A DNA stretch of 64,000 nucleotides from Mobula hypostoma. Taxonomy: Eukaryota. The DNA lies in NCBI RefSeq assembly GCF_963921235.1, contig NC_086097.1, positions 250,606,001 to 250,670,000 of the forward strand. Reading direction: 5' to 3'. This document shows positions 51,571 to 62,864 of this stretch, piece after piece. Numbering within the stretch: position 1 is the first letter of the stretch; every line of letters starts with the position of its first letter. The translations under genes and the position numbers were made by a program. The notes under the pieces are model-generated. The model was given only the letters and a program-made list of their open reading frames with translations, ran no database searches and was not told where the DNA came from.

Positions 51571-53478
51571 CATCGGGGTCACTGGAGGCCTCCCTGCCTT
51601 CCTGCATCCCGAAAGAGGAGCTTTCCACTCTCCTGCCTGGCATCCCCACTGTTCTAACCGGCGGCAGAACTCAGCAGGTCAGGCAGCATTGATGGAAAGT
51701 AATAAACAGTCAGTAGTTCAAGCTGTGACCCTTCATCAACACTGGAAAGGAAGGGGGCAGAAGCCAGGATTGGTCCCACAACCTATGGACTCACTTTCAA
51801 TGACTCCCATCTCCTGTTCTCCACACGTACTGCTTGCTTATTAATTAATTAATTAATTATTCTTATTAGCAACACACACACACACAATGCTGGAGGAACT
51901 CAGCAGCTCAGACAGCATCTATGGAAAAGAGTAAACAGTCGATGTTTTGGGCTGAGATCCTTGTCTAGTCCAGAAGAAAAGTCTCAGCCCAAAGCGTTGT
52001 CTGTTTACTCTTTTCCATAGGTGCTGCCTAACCTGCTGAGTTTCTCCAGAATTTTGTGTGTTTTGTTCTGGATTTCCAGCATCTGCAGAACTTCTTGTGC
52101 TTATGCTTAGTATTATTTTCCTTTATTGTTTCTTTGTATTTACTGTGAATGCCCACAGGAAAATTAATCTCCGGGTTGTATGTGGTGACATGCATGTACT
52201 TTGATAATAAATTTACTTTGAACTTTTCACTGTTCCAGCTACCATGGGTTTTGCTCATATTGATGTTTAGACCATGAATTCCTCAGAGTTCCACTGGGAA
52301 AATTCTGGGTGGGATGGAACCTGCTTCTTAATTTCAAACATTAATTCCACATTGCCCAATATCTTGACATTTATACTTCAGTATGATTATAGGTACAAAG
52401 TGTTCTAAAATGATGACAGATTTATTACTTTGTCTCTGCTTGCTTGTCATTTCTAAATGACCTAGGTCCTCCGTAACTATTCTATGTACGCAATTGAAGA
52501 TTGAAAGTAAGATTACTACATCCCCATCATCCCTATTTATGAAAAAAACAACTGTGAGATACGAGGATGAAAAAGTTCCCTTTGAATGAGGTAACAACTG
52601 TAATGTAATAAAAATTCAGAATTGCCTGAATACAGGCCAGTGCAGAGTTGTTTTCTACACATTATAAACCACCAGTCTATTTCGAGTCCTAGGCTGCAGA
52701 ACCCTACAGCACAGGTAGGTCCTTCATCCCATCTAGTCCATGTTGAACTATTAATCTGCCTGGCCCCACCAACCTGCACCCCGACCATAACCCTCCATAC
52801 CTCTCACATCCATCTACCTGTCCAAATATACCCTAACTGTTGAAATGGAACCTGCGTTCATCACCTGCTGGCAACTTATTCCACACTCCCACCACCCTGA
52901 GTGAAGAGGTTTCACTTTTCACCCTTAACCCATGGCTTCCAGTTGTAGCCTCAACTAACCTCAGTGAGAAAAGCCTGTTGGATTTATCCCATCTATGCCC
53001 CTCAAACTTTATACACCTCTATGACCTATATCGACAAGCTACTTTGTCTTTTCATCAGACCCTGCATCACTGTTCGATTTTTCTCTACCCCTCACCTTCC
53101 CAAAACATCGACTGTTTACTCTTTTCCACAGATGCTGCCTAACCTGCTGAGTTCCTCCAGCATTGTGTGTGTGTTGCTAACAGGAATAATAATTAATAAA
53201 TAAATAAATAAGCAAGCAGTACGTATGGAGAACAGGAGATGGGAGTCATTGAAAGTGAGTCCATAGGTTGTGGAACCAATCCTGGCTTCTGCCCCCTTCC
53301 TTTCCAGTGTTGATGAAGGGTCACAGCTTGAACTACTGACTGTTTATTCCTTTCCATCAATGCTGCCTGACCTGCTGAGTTCCGCCAGTGGTTAGAACAG
53401 TGGGGATGCCAGGCAGGAGAGTGGAAAGCTCCTCTTTCAGGATGCAGGAAGGCAGGGAGGCCTCCAGTGACCCCGATG
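51571..53478. repeat. Inverted duplication: arms 51571-51951 and 53099-53478 with a ~1.15-kb spacer
   Basis: Arms are reverse complements across several unrelated TE junctions. Confidence 0.92.
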
Positions 53479-53559
53479 ACCACAACTGTGAAAAGTGCAA
53501 CCAGCTGCAGCTTCTAACACACCGCGTTAGAGTTCAAAGTTCAAGTTCAGAGTAAATGT

Positions 53560-54810
53560 TATTATAGTCCTAGTCATAGTCATACCTTATTGATCCCGGG
53601 GGAAATTGGTTTTCGTTACAGTTGTACCATAAATAATAAATAGTAATAGAACCATAAATAGTTAAATAGTAACATGTAAATTATGCCAGTAAGTTATGAA
53701 ATAAGTCCGGGACCAGCCTATTGGCTCAGGGTGTCTGACCCTCCAAGGGAGGAGTTGTAAAGTTTGACGGCCACAGGCAGGAATGACTTCCTATGACGCT
53801 CTGTGTTGCATCTCAGTGGAATGAATCTCTGGCTGAATGTACTCCTGTGCCCAACCAGTACATTATGTAGTGGATGGTAGACATTGTCCAAGATGGCATG
53901 CAACTTGGACAGCATCCTCCTTTCAGACACCACCGTCAGAGAGTCCAGTTCCATCCCCACAACATCACTGGCCTTACGAATGAGTTTGTTGATTCTGTTG
54001 GTGTCTGCTACCCTCAGCCTGCTGCCCCAGCACACAGCAGCAAACATGATAGCACTGGCCACCACAGACTCGTAGAACATCCTCAGCATCGTCCAGCAGA
54101 TGTTAAAGGACGTCAGTCTCCTCAGGAAATAGAGACAGCTCTGACCCTTCTTGTAGACAGCCTCAGTGTTCTTTGACCAGTCCAGTTTATTGTCAATTCG
54201 TATCCCCAGGTATTTGTAATCCTCCACCATGTCCACACTGACCCCCTGGATGGAAACAGGGGTCACCGGTACCTTAGCTCTCCTCAGGTCTACCACCAGC
54301 TCCTTAGTCTTTTTCACATTAAGCTGCAGATAATTCTGCTCACACCATGTGACAAAGTTTCCTACCGTAGCCCTGTACTCAGCCTCATCTCCCTTGTTGA
54401 TGTATCCAACTATGGCAGAGTCATCCGAAAACTTCTGAAGGTGACAAGACTCTGTGCAGTAGTTGAAGTCCGAGGTGTAAATGGTGAAGAGAAAGGGAGA
54501 CAAGACAGTCCCCTGTGAAGCCCCAGTGCTGCTGATCCCTCTGTCGGACACACAGTGTTGCAAGCACACGTACTGTGGTCTGACAGTCAGGTAATCAAGA
54601 ATCCATGATACCAGGGAAGCATCCACCTGCATCGCTGTCAGCTTCTCCCCCAGCAGAGCAGGGCGGGTGGTGTTGAACGCACTGGAGAAGTCAAAAAACA
54701 TGATCCTCACAGTGCTCGCTGGCTTGTCCAGGTGGGTGTAGACACCGGTTCAGCAGGTAGACGATGGCATCCTCAACTCCTAGTCGGGGCTGGTAGGTGA
54801 ACTGGAGTAG
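53560..54810 (-). mobile_element. Rex1-clade LINE (second family), 330-aa open RT C-terminus
   Basis: RIMFFDFSSAFNT, QGTVLSPFLF, KFSDDS; (ctatga)n tail. Confidence 0.9.
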
Positions 54811-56409
54811 TACTTATCAGTACTTATCAGAGTACTTACATGTTACCATATACAACCCTGAGTGATTTTCTTGTGGAAATACTCAATAAATCTATAGAAT
54901 AATGACCATAACACATTTCTAGACTTTCCAGGAGTATCCTAGCTGCCACTAGTACTCCAGGAAAAATGTTGCGTTCCACCACACCCATTCCTTGTTAAAC
55001 TTTGCTAGGTTCAGGAACAGTGACGACTCTTCCACCCCCAGCCTGCTGAGCCACCCAACTCAGCACTGAACTGATTCCGTAACCTGTGGACTCAGGCTAC
55101 AACGCATGTCTTATTAATTTCCTTCTGTATTTTTTATTGGTGCAATTTGTCTTCTGGTTATTTTTCCCATTTTGTATTTGCACACTGTTTGAACATCCAA
55201 GCCGGTGCAGTCTTTCATGGATTCTGTCGTGGTTATTATTCTGATATGAATTTATTGAGTATGCCCACAAAAAATGAATCTCAGGATGACATGCATGTAC
55301 TTTCATAATAAATTTACTTTGCACTTTGAACTTGTGCATATTGGTTGCTTGTCAGTTTTTGTGTGTTATTTTTCATTCTATTATGTTTCTACATTCTACT
55401 GTTAATGGTGATATAGATGTACTTTGATATTAATTTTGCTTTCAGCCTTGAACTTAAAGTTACCAGAAGATGTATCTCTTTGGTGACGTTGTGCACCTGA
55501 CCTGGAAACTCTCTGGACCAGTCCTGGAATCTCTATCTCCAGTATCGTCTGAGATCCTGTGAGTTGCTCATGAAGAACATAGACCGCAGAACAGTGAGCA
55601 GAGGAACAGGCCCTTCGACCCATAATGTTGTGCTGAACCAATCAAATGGCCAACTAAACTAATCCCTTCTGCCTAAACAATGTCCATGTTCTTCCATTTT
55701 CCTCACATTCATGTGCCTATCTAAACATCTCTTAAAAGTCCCTAACATATCTGCCTCTACCACCACCCCTGGGAGCATATTCCAGGCACCCACCACTCTC
55801 TTTGTAAAAAAAGCTTGCCCCCCACATCTCCTTTGAAATTACCCCCTCTCACCTTAAAAGCATGGCCTCCGACTAGACATTTCAACCCTGGGAAAAAGAT
55901 ATTGTCTGTTTACTCTACCTATGTTCCTCATAATCTTATGAACTTCTATCACATTTCCCCTCAGCCATCGCTGCTCCAAAGAAAACAACCCATGCTTGTT
56001 CAACTTCTTGCCCTCTAATCCAGGCAGCATCCTGGTAAACCTCTTCTGCACCCTCTCCAAACCTTTGACGTCTTTCCTATAATGGAGTGACCAGAACTCT
56101 ATGCAATAATCCAGATGCAGCCTAACTAGAGTTTTATAAAGCTGCAGCATAACTTTACAAAGTTCTCCTTAAAGCACCTCTGAAGGAACTTGGAATTGAT
56201 ACTGAAAGTTAGGATGAGGAATTTGACCAAGGTACCTCCCTGGTAGTAACATCTGTAGGAGGGATGTCCACACTATTGGTCTCAGTTTTTATCCTGCAGA
56301 CTACCAGTGATCCCACAACGTAGCTGATTCTGGTATTGGAAAAAAGATCTTCATTCTTTGAGGATTTTTTTGTCAGGACAAGGTGGTGGTGGGGTGGACT
56401 GCACTTCAT

Positions 56410-56635
56410 ACAACTCAGGGCCACTTTATTAGGCACACCTGTACACCTGCTCGTTAATGCAAATATCTAACCAGCCAATCATGTGGCAGCAACTCAATGC
56501 ACAAAAGCATGCAGACATGGTCAAGAGGTTCAGTTGTAGTTCAGACCAGACAGCAGAAAGGGAGAAGAAATGACTCTGCCTGTGGAATGATTGTTGGTGC
56601 CAGGCAGGTTGGTTTGAGAATCTCAGACATAGAAG
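56410..56635 (+). mobile_element. Left end of the Tc1-like family seen at 12205
   Basis: TIR actcagggccactttattaggcacacc and 5' region. Confidence 0.78.
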
Positions 56636-56652
56636 CGGAATTATAAGACATA

Positions 56653-57020
56653 CAGTTGAAGTCAGAAATTTACACATTTAAACTCAATTTTTCACAATTC
56701 CTGGCATTTAATCCTAGAAAACATTCCCTGTCTTAGGTCAGTTCGGACCACTACTTTATTTTAAGAATGTGAAATGTCAGAATAATAGTAGAGGGAATGA
56801 TTTATTTCAGCTTTTATTTCTTTCATCACTTTCCCAGTGGATCAGAAGTTTACATACACTTTGTTAGTATTTGGTAGCATTGCCTTTAAATTGTTTACCT
56901 TGGGCCAAATGTTTTGGGTAGCCTTCCACAAGCTTTTCACAGTAAGTTGCTGGAATTTTGTTCCATTCCTCCAGACAGAACTGGTGTAACTGAGTCAGGT
57001 TTGTAGGCCTCCTTGCTTGC
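56653..57020 (-). mobile_element. Sleeping Beauty/Tss1-type Tc1 transposon right end (IR/DR plus last ~50 codons of the transposase)
   Basis: TA then cagttgaagtcagaaatttaca outer DR; inner DR tcccagtggatcagaagtttacatacact (56832-56860); C-terminus ARRPTNLTQLHQFCLEEWNKIPATYCEKLVEGYPKHLAQGKQFKGNATKY*. Confidence 0.92.
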
Positions 57021-57625
57021 CCACTCTTCCAATTTGTCAAAGTCCTGCTGCAATTGCATTGCTTCCTCAGCACTACCTACCCCTCCACCTACCTTGCATC
57101 ATCTGCAAACTTTGCCACAAAGTCATCAATTCCATTATCTAAATCATTGACAAACAATGTGAAAAGTAGTGGTCCCAGTACTGTCCCCTGAGGAACACCA
57201 CTAGTCACTGGTAGCCAACCAGAAAAGGCTCCCTTTATTCCCACTGGCTGCCTCCTGCCTGTCAGCCATTCCTCTATCCATGCCAGTATCTTTCCTCTAA
57301 TGCCTTAGGATCTTATCTTGTTAAGCAGCCTCATGTGTAGCACCATATCAAATGCCTCCTGAAAATCCAAGTAACTGACATCCACTGCCTCTCCCTTGTC
57401 CACCCTGCTTGTTTCTTCTTTGAAGAACTCTAACAGATTTGTCAGGCAAGATTTCCCTTGACAGAAACCATGCTGAATTTGACTTACTTTATCATTAGTC
57501 TTCAAGTACCCCGAAACCTGATCCTTAATAACTAACTCCAACACTTCCCCAACCACTGAGTTTAGGCTAACTGGCCTATAATTCCCTCTCTTTTGCCTTC
57601 TTCCCTTCTTAAAGAGCGGTGCCAA
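57020..57625 (-). mobile_element. CR1 RT internal fragment
   Basis: [26 protein letters not shown]. Confidence 0.85.
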
Positions 57626-58527
57626 TGATGCATTTTGACTGAACTGGAATTTGGCAGAGTGACAAAATGACCTGAATCTCTAAGGCTTAGCAGATAAAAT
57701 AGATTCATATAAACAAAACAAGACTAGATGGAACAAGGCTAATTTGGATCAATGCCAAACTGACTGGGGCCAGTGATGCGTTGGATGGTTTTAACTACCT
57801 GTGATAGCCAAACAGAACATGCCTGTCCTAGCATGCACAGTCGGCTCTGGCAGGACGGACGGATAAACTCTACTGTGAGATCCAATGGCAGGAAAGGGGT
57901 ACCGCAATCCTCCGTGGAGAGTGAAGGGCATGACAAGGCACAGAAGATGTCATGGTCATCCACTGTAACCAAGGAAGACTCCAGTTTGTGAAGACTATTC
58001 GTTCCACTGGACCCGGACCTCTGAGGTCGACAGAATGGAACTGCCCCAATGCAACAGCTTTTCCACTTTAAAAAAATCTCCCATACAGGTTTCCTGTAAT
58101 TGTCAGACACAATGGATAAGTGCCACCATTGTCATAGAGTCATAGAAAAGTGCAACACAGAAATAGGCCCTTTGGCCCATCTAGTCTGTGCCAAACTATT
58201 TAAACTGCCTACTCCCATTGACCTGCACCAGACTACTGTCCTCCATATCCCTACCATCCGTGTACCAATTCAAACTTCTCTTAAACATTGACATCTAGCT
58301 GGTATGTACCACTTCTGCTGGCAGCTCATTCCACACTCCCACCACTCTCTGAGTGAAGAAGTTTTATCTTATGTTCCCCTTAAACTTTTCACCTTTCACC
58401 TTAAACCATGATCTCTAGTTTCCAGCCTCGGCAGAACAAACCTGCTTGCATTTACCCTTTCTGTACCTTTCATAATTTTGTAGACCCCCTATCAAATTTC
58501 CTCTCAGTCTTCTACATGCTAAGGATT

Positions 58528-59251
58528 CTGATGGTAGACCTGAGGAGAGATAAGGTACCGGTGACCCCTGTTTCCATCCAGGGGGTCAGTGTAGACATGG
58601 TGGAGGATTACAAATACCTGGGGATATGAATTGACAATAAACTGGACTGGTCAAAGAACACTGAGGCTGTCTACAAGAAGGGTCAGAGCCGTCTCTATTT
58701 CCAGAGGAGACTGAGGTCCTTTAACATCTACCGGACGATGCTGAGGAAGTTCTACGAGTCTGTGGTGGCCAGTGCTATCATGTTTGCTGTTGTGTGCTGG
58801 GGCAGCAGGCTGAGGGTAACAGACACCAACAGAATCAACAAACTCATCTGTAAGGCCAGTAATGTTGTGGGGATGGAACTGGACTCTCTGATGGTGGTGT
58901 CTGAAAAGGGGATGCTGTCCAAGTTGCATGCCATCTTGGACAATGTCTCCCATCCACTACATAATGTACTGGGTGGGCACAGGATTACATTCAGCCAGAG
59001 ACTCATTCCACCAAGATGCAACACAGAGCGTCATAGGAAGTCATTCCTGCCTGTGGCCATCAAACTTTACAACTCCTCCCTTGGAGGGTCAGACACCCTG
59101 AGCCAATAGGCTGGTCCTGGACTTATTTCCTGGCATAATTTACATATTACTATTTAACTATTTATGGTTTTATTACTATTTAATTATTTATGGTGCAACT
59201 GTAACGAAAACCAATTTCCCCCGGGATCAATGAAGTATGACTCTGACTATG
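58528..59251 (+). mobile_element. Rex1-clade 3' fragment, very similar to 53560-54300 in opposite orientation
   Basis: Shared DYKYLGI...LYNSSLGGSDTLSQ* and 3' UTR. Confidence 0.9.
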
Positions 59252-59498
59252 AATGAAGTTGTAACCTATTCAATCTTTTCTTATAACTCAGGTCCTCCAG
59301 ACCCAACAACATCCTTGTAAATTTTCTCTGTACTCTTTCAAATTGATTACATCTTTCCTGTAGGAAGGTGAACAAAACAACACACAATTCTCCAAAATAG
59401 GTCTCTTCAATGCCATATACAACTTCAATGTCACATCAGCGTGGACTCTTGTTTGTCTTATGACACTTTTCACGTTAAGAATTAATTTAAGTCCTTAC

Positions 59499-59629
59499 CT
59501 TCCTCCACGGCGGTAACTTCTATTTTATAATGGCTTTCCTTCTCCATATCCAAATTACCATGAGTAAAAATTTCTCCAGTCCGATTGTTAATATAAAACC
59601 ATTTACGAGGATCTTTTGTTAGCCAGTAC
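59499..59629 (-). CDS. cdh17: Cadherin-17 internal exon (EC6): YWLTKDPRKWFYINNRTGEIFTHGNLDMEKESHYKIEVTAVEE
   Basis: Acceptor ttgattgaccag|G and donor GAAG|gtaagg; 131 bp, phase 2 to 1. Cadherin-repeat motifs W..I...TGEI and LDxE; aligns with recalled human CDH17 YSLRGDTRGWLKIDHVTGEIFSVAPLDREAGSPYRVQVVATE. Not in the ORF track. Confidence 0.93.
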
Positions 59630-60008
59630 CTGGTCAATCAAAAGCAGTCCTTTACAGTTACTGTTCAGTCAGAATAACATACATTTCCCAGCAGCTGCCG
59701 CACTGTACAATTAATAAGTGGAAAGTAATCCTTGCTAATCGTTTCTTCAACAAAATACTTCAATGAGAAGCAAAGCAAAATTGCTTTAAATACTTGGCAT
59801 GTCAGCCAGCAGCTGTGAAGAGTGCAAGAGTTAATGATTCTGCACAATTATTTTGCCTGAAATATAATGACATAGAATACAGGATGGAACGATGTTGTGT
59901 CAACCCTCTATCAACTCCAAGATCAATCTAACCCTTCCCTCCTATATAACTTTCTATTTTCTAGCATCCACATGCCTATCTAACAGTCTCTTAAATAGCC
60001 TTAAGAAG

Positions 60009-60371
60009 AGTCCTTAAGAAATGTCTCAACCCAAACTGTCGACTATTTATTCTTTTCCATAGAAGCTGCCTGGCCTGCTGAGTTCCTCCAACATTTTGTG
60101 TGTGTTGCTTTGGATCTCTGGCATCTGCAGACTGTCTCATGTTTGTTCTTAAATATCCCCAATGTAACACACACAGAATGCTGGAGGGTCTCAACCTCCA
60201 ACGGAAAAGAGTAAGCAGTCAATGTTTCAGGCCAAAACCCTTCATCGATCCTGACTGTTTACTCTCTTCCACAGATGCTGCCTGGCCTGTTGAGTTCCTC
60301 CAGCACTTTTTGTGTGTTGTTTTGGATTTCTAGCATCTGCAGACTTTCTCCTGTTTGTTCTTAAATATCCC
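60009..60371. mobile_element. Cluster of three Penelope pLTRs (+, -, +)
   Basis: pLTR core ctgcctggcctg.tgagttcctcca..a.tttt.tgtgtgttg twice on + with a partial inverted copy between. Confidence 0.8.
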
Positions 60372-60452
60372 AGAAGCATTATTCTTTTTCCACACAAATT
60401 GGTGGGTGTGTGGAACTCACTCCCGGAGCAGTGGTAAAGACAGATACATTAG

Positions 60453-61552
60453 TAGTAAAAATGGATTCAGCAGTGGCTAGATGGGAGACGCTAGAGAGTA
60501 GCAGTGGATAACTGTGTGTCAGATTGGAGGACGGTGTGTAACGGTGTGCCTCAAGGATCTGTACTGGGTCCAATGTTGTTTGTCATATATGTTAATGATC
60601 TAGATGATGGGGTGTAAAATTGGATTAGTAAGTATGCAGATGATACTAAGATAGGTGGCGTTGTGGATAATGAAGCAGGTTTTCAAAGCTTGCAGAGAGA
60701 TTTGGGCCAGTTAGAAGAGTGGGCTGAAAGATAGCAGATGAAGTTTAATGCTGATAAATGTGAGGTGCTACATTTTGGTAGAACTAATCAAAATAGGACA
60801 TACATGGTAAATGGTAGGGCATTGAAGAGCGCTTTAGAACAGAGGGATCTAGGAATAATGGTGCATAGTTCCCTGAAGGTGGAATCTCATAGGGTGGTGA
60901 AGAAAGCTTTTGGTTTGCTGGCCTTTATTAATCAGAGAATTGAGTATAGGAGTTGGGATGTAATGTTGAATTTGTATAAGGCATTGGTAAGGCCAAATCT
61001 GGAGTATTGTGTACAGTTCTGGTCACCGAATTATAGGAAGGATGTCAATAAAATTGAGAGAGTACAGAGGAGGTTTACTAAAATGTTGCCTGGGTTTCAT
61101 CTCCTAAGTTACAGAGAAAGGTTGAACAAGTTAGGTCTTTATTCTTTGGAGTGTAGAAGGTTGAGGGGAGACTTGATAGAGGTGTTGAAAATTATGAGGG
61201 GGATTGATAGAATTGACGTGGTTAGACTTTTTCTATTGAGAGTGGGGGAGATTCAAACAAGAGGACATGAGTTGAGAGTTAAAGGACAGAAGTTTAGGGG
61301 TAACATGAGGGGGAACTTCTTTACTCAGAGAGTGGTGGCTGTGTGGAATGAGCTTCCAGCAGAAGTGGTTGAGGCAAGTTTGATGTTGTCGTTTGAAGTT
61401 AAATTGGATAGATATATGGACAGGAAAGGAATGGAGGGTTATGGGCTGAGTGCAGGTCAGTGGGACTAGGTGAGAGTAAGAGTTCGCCACAGACTAGATG
61501 GGCTGAGATGGCCTGTTTCCGTGCTGTAATTGTTATATGGTTATATATGGTT
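60453..61552 (+). mobile_element. 5'-truncated CR1 nested in an older CR1 3' fragment
   Basis: [14 protein letters not shown], 243-aa ORF, (ttatatgg)n tail; attag at both junctions. Confidence 0.9.
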
Positions 61553-62116
61553 ATTAGGGGCATTTAAGAAACTCTTAGATAGATGCACAGACAATAGTGA
61601 AATAGAGGGCTACGTAGGAGGGAAAGGTTAGATTGATCTTAGTTAAAGGTTGGCACAACATTGTGGGCCGAAGGGCCTGTACTGTGCTGTAATGTCCTAT
61701 GCTCCAAGAATAAATTTAATTTTCAAAGAATAGGGGATTCAGCCAGGAAAGTGGAACTCCAACAATGGTTGGCTCATTCATGAACTTACTGAATGAGGAA
61801 GCAGGTCTGACAGTTTATCTGACCTAACCCTGCTTTTGTTTATATTGCTCTTAGTTTCACAGTGATCTTCTTTATCAAATGTCTTGATGACGTTTTAATG
61901 GCACCAAGGTCAGTTTGTTCCTCCTATTGATCGTTACGCAATTATTTTTTAAACAATCTAACAAAAGCTATGAGTAACATTATTTAACTTAGTTCCACCA
62001 TGCTTTGACTAACAAAATGTGAGTCAATGGATGTTGAATAAATTCATAAATAACATAAATATAATAAGTAATGTATAATATATAATAGCCCAGCAATATA
62101 TATGAATAAGCTAATA

Positions 62117-62864
62117 TAGTGGATTCTGGTTAATTGAGCCATCAATAAATAGGGGCAGTCACTTCCTTGGGACAACTCTTAAAGAACAGAACTCATCTAG
62201 AAAGTTGCTGGGATTCCATTCGTTTGTTTGAAACACTATACCACTTAATTAGGACACTAGATGTTGCTGGACAGTTTCTAACTGGTGTCAAATGTGCGCA
62301 CTTGTGTGGCAGTTAGACATTACACCACGTTTCGAGTAAATAGCGTCAGTCGCATGTGCCTGAGTTCAAAAAGCAGTGATTTGTGTCACTGATAGTTGGT
62401 GAGAAATCAGAAAGACAATTCAGTGGTTTCAGGCATTCAGACTTGGAGATGCCAGAAATGACCGGGAGTGAAAGTGAAATGATTTCTCGACTTCAACAAA
62501 TTAGGAAAAATTTCAAACTATCGACAACCATCTGGAATGTTACAATGAAAATGAAGATTTGGAGAACGCAGTTGCTGAAAGCTTTGTATGAAAGCAGTTA
62601 CACCAGGTGCCTGTGCTGATTTTGTTCATTTGCAGTCAATCAAAAGAACACGGCAGCATTCCCTGGATGAATTCCTGCATCGATCACTATCAGGAACTAA
62701 TACAGAGCTTAATAGTTGTGTAGGTAGTGCTCTAATTTGTTCTGTATTTCAGTTAAGTGCTTAGTTTGTCCGTTTTATATCTTTTTAACTATTTCCATGA
62801 AACTTCGGCTAATTGGGGCGCTGCTTAAATGGACCAAAATGTACTGGACCTGATGTGTCCCAAT
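62117..62864 (+). mobile_element. Probable pogo/Tigger-like non-autonomous DNA transposon
   Basis: Left end ta-tagtggattctggttaattg; subterminal repeats ..aattggggc / gtgtcccaatt at right; short acidic transposase-like remnant (NHLECYNENEDLE). Confidence 0.5.

Noticed and set aside
13353..59629. Classical cadherin or cadherin-16 identity
   Set aside because: There is no catenin-binding tail, which excludes classical cadherins; DVNDNxPRLAKD, INGTHA and AVGILL match recalled CDH17 better than CDH16. A phylogeny would confirm.
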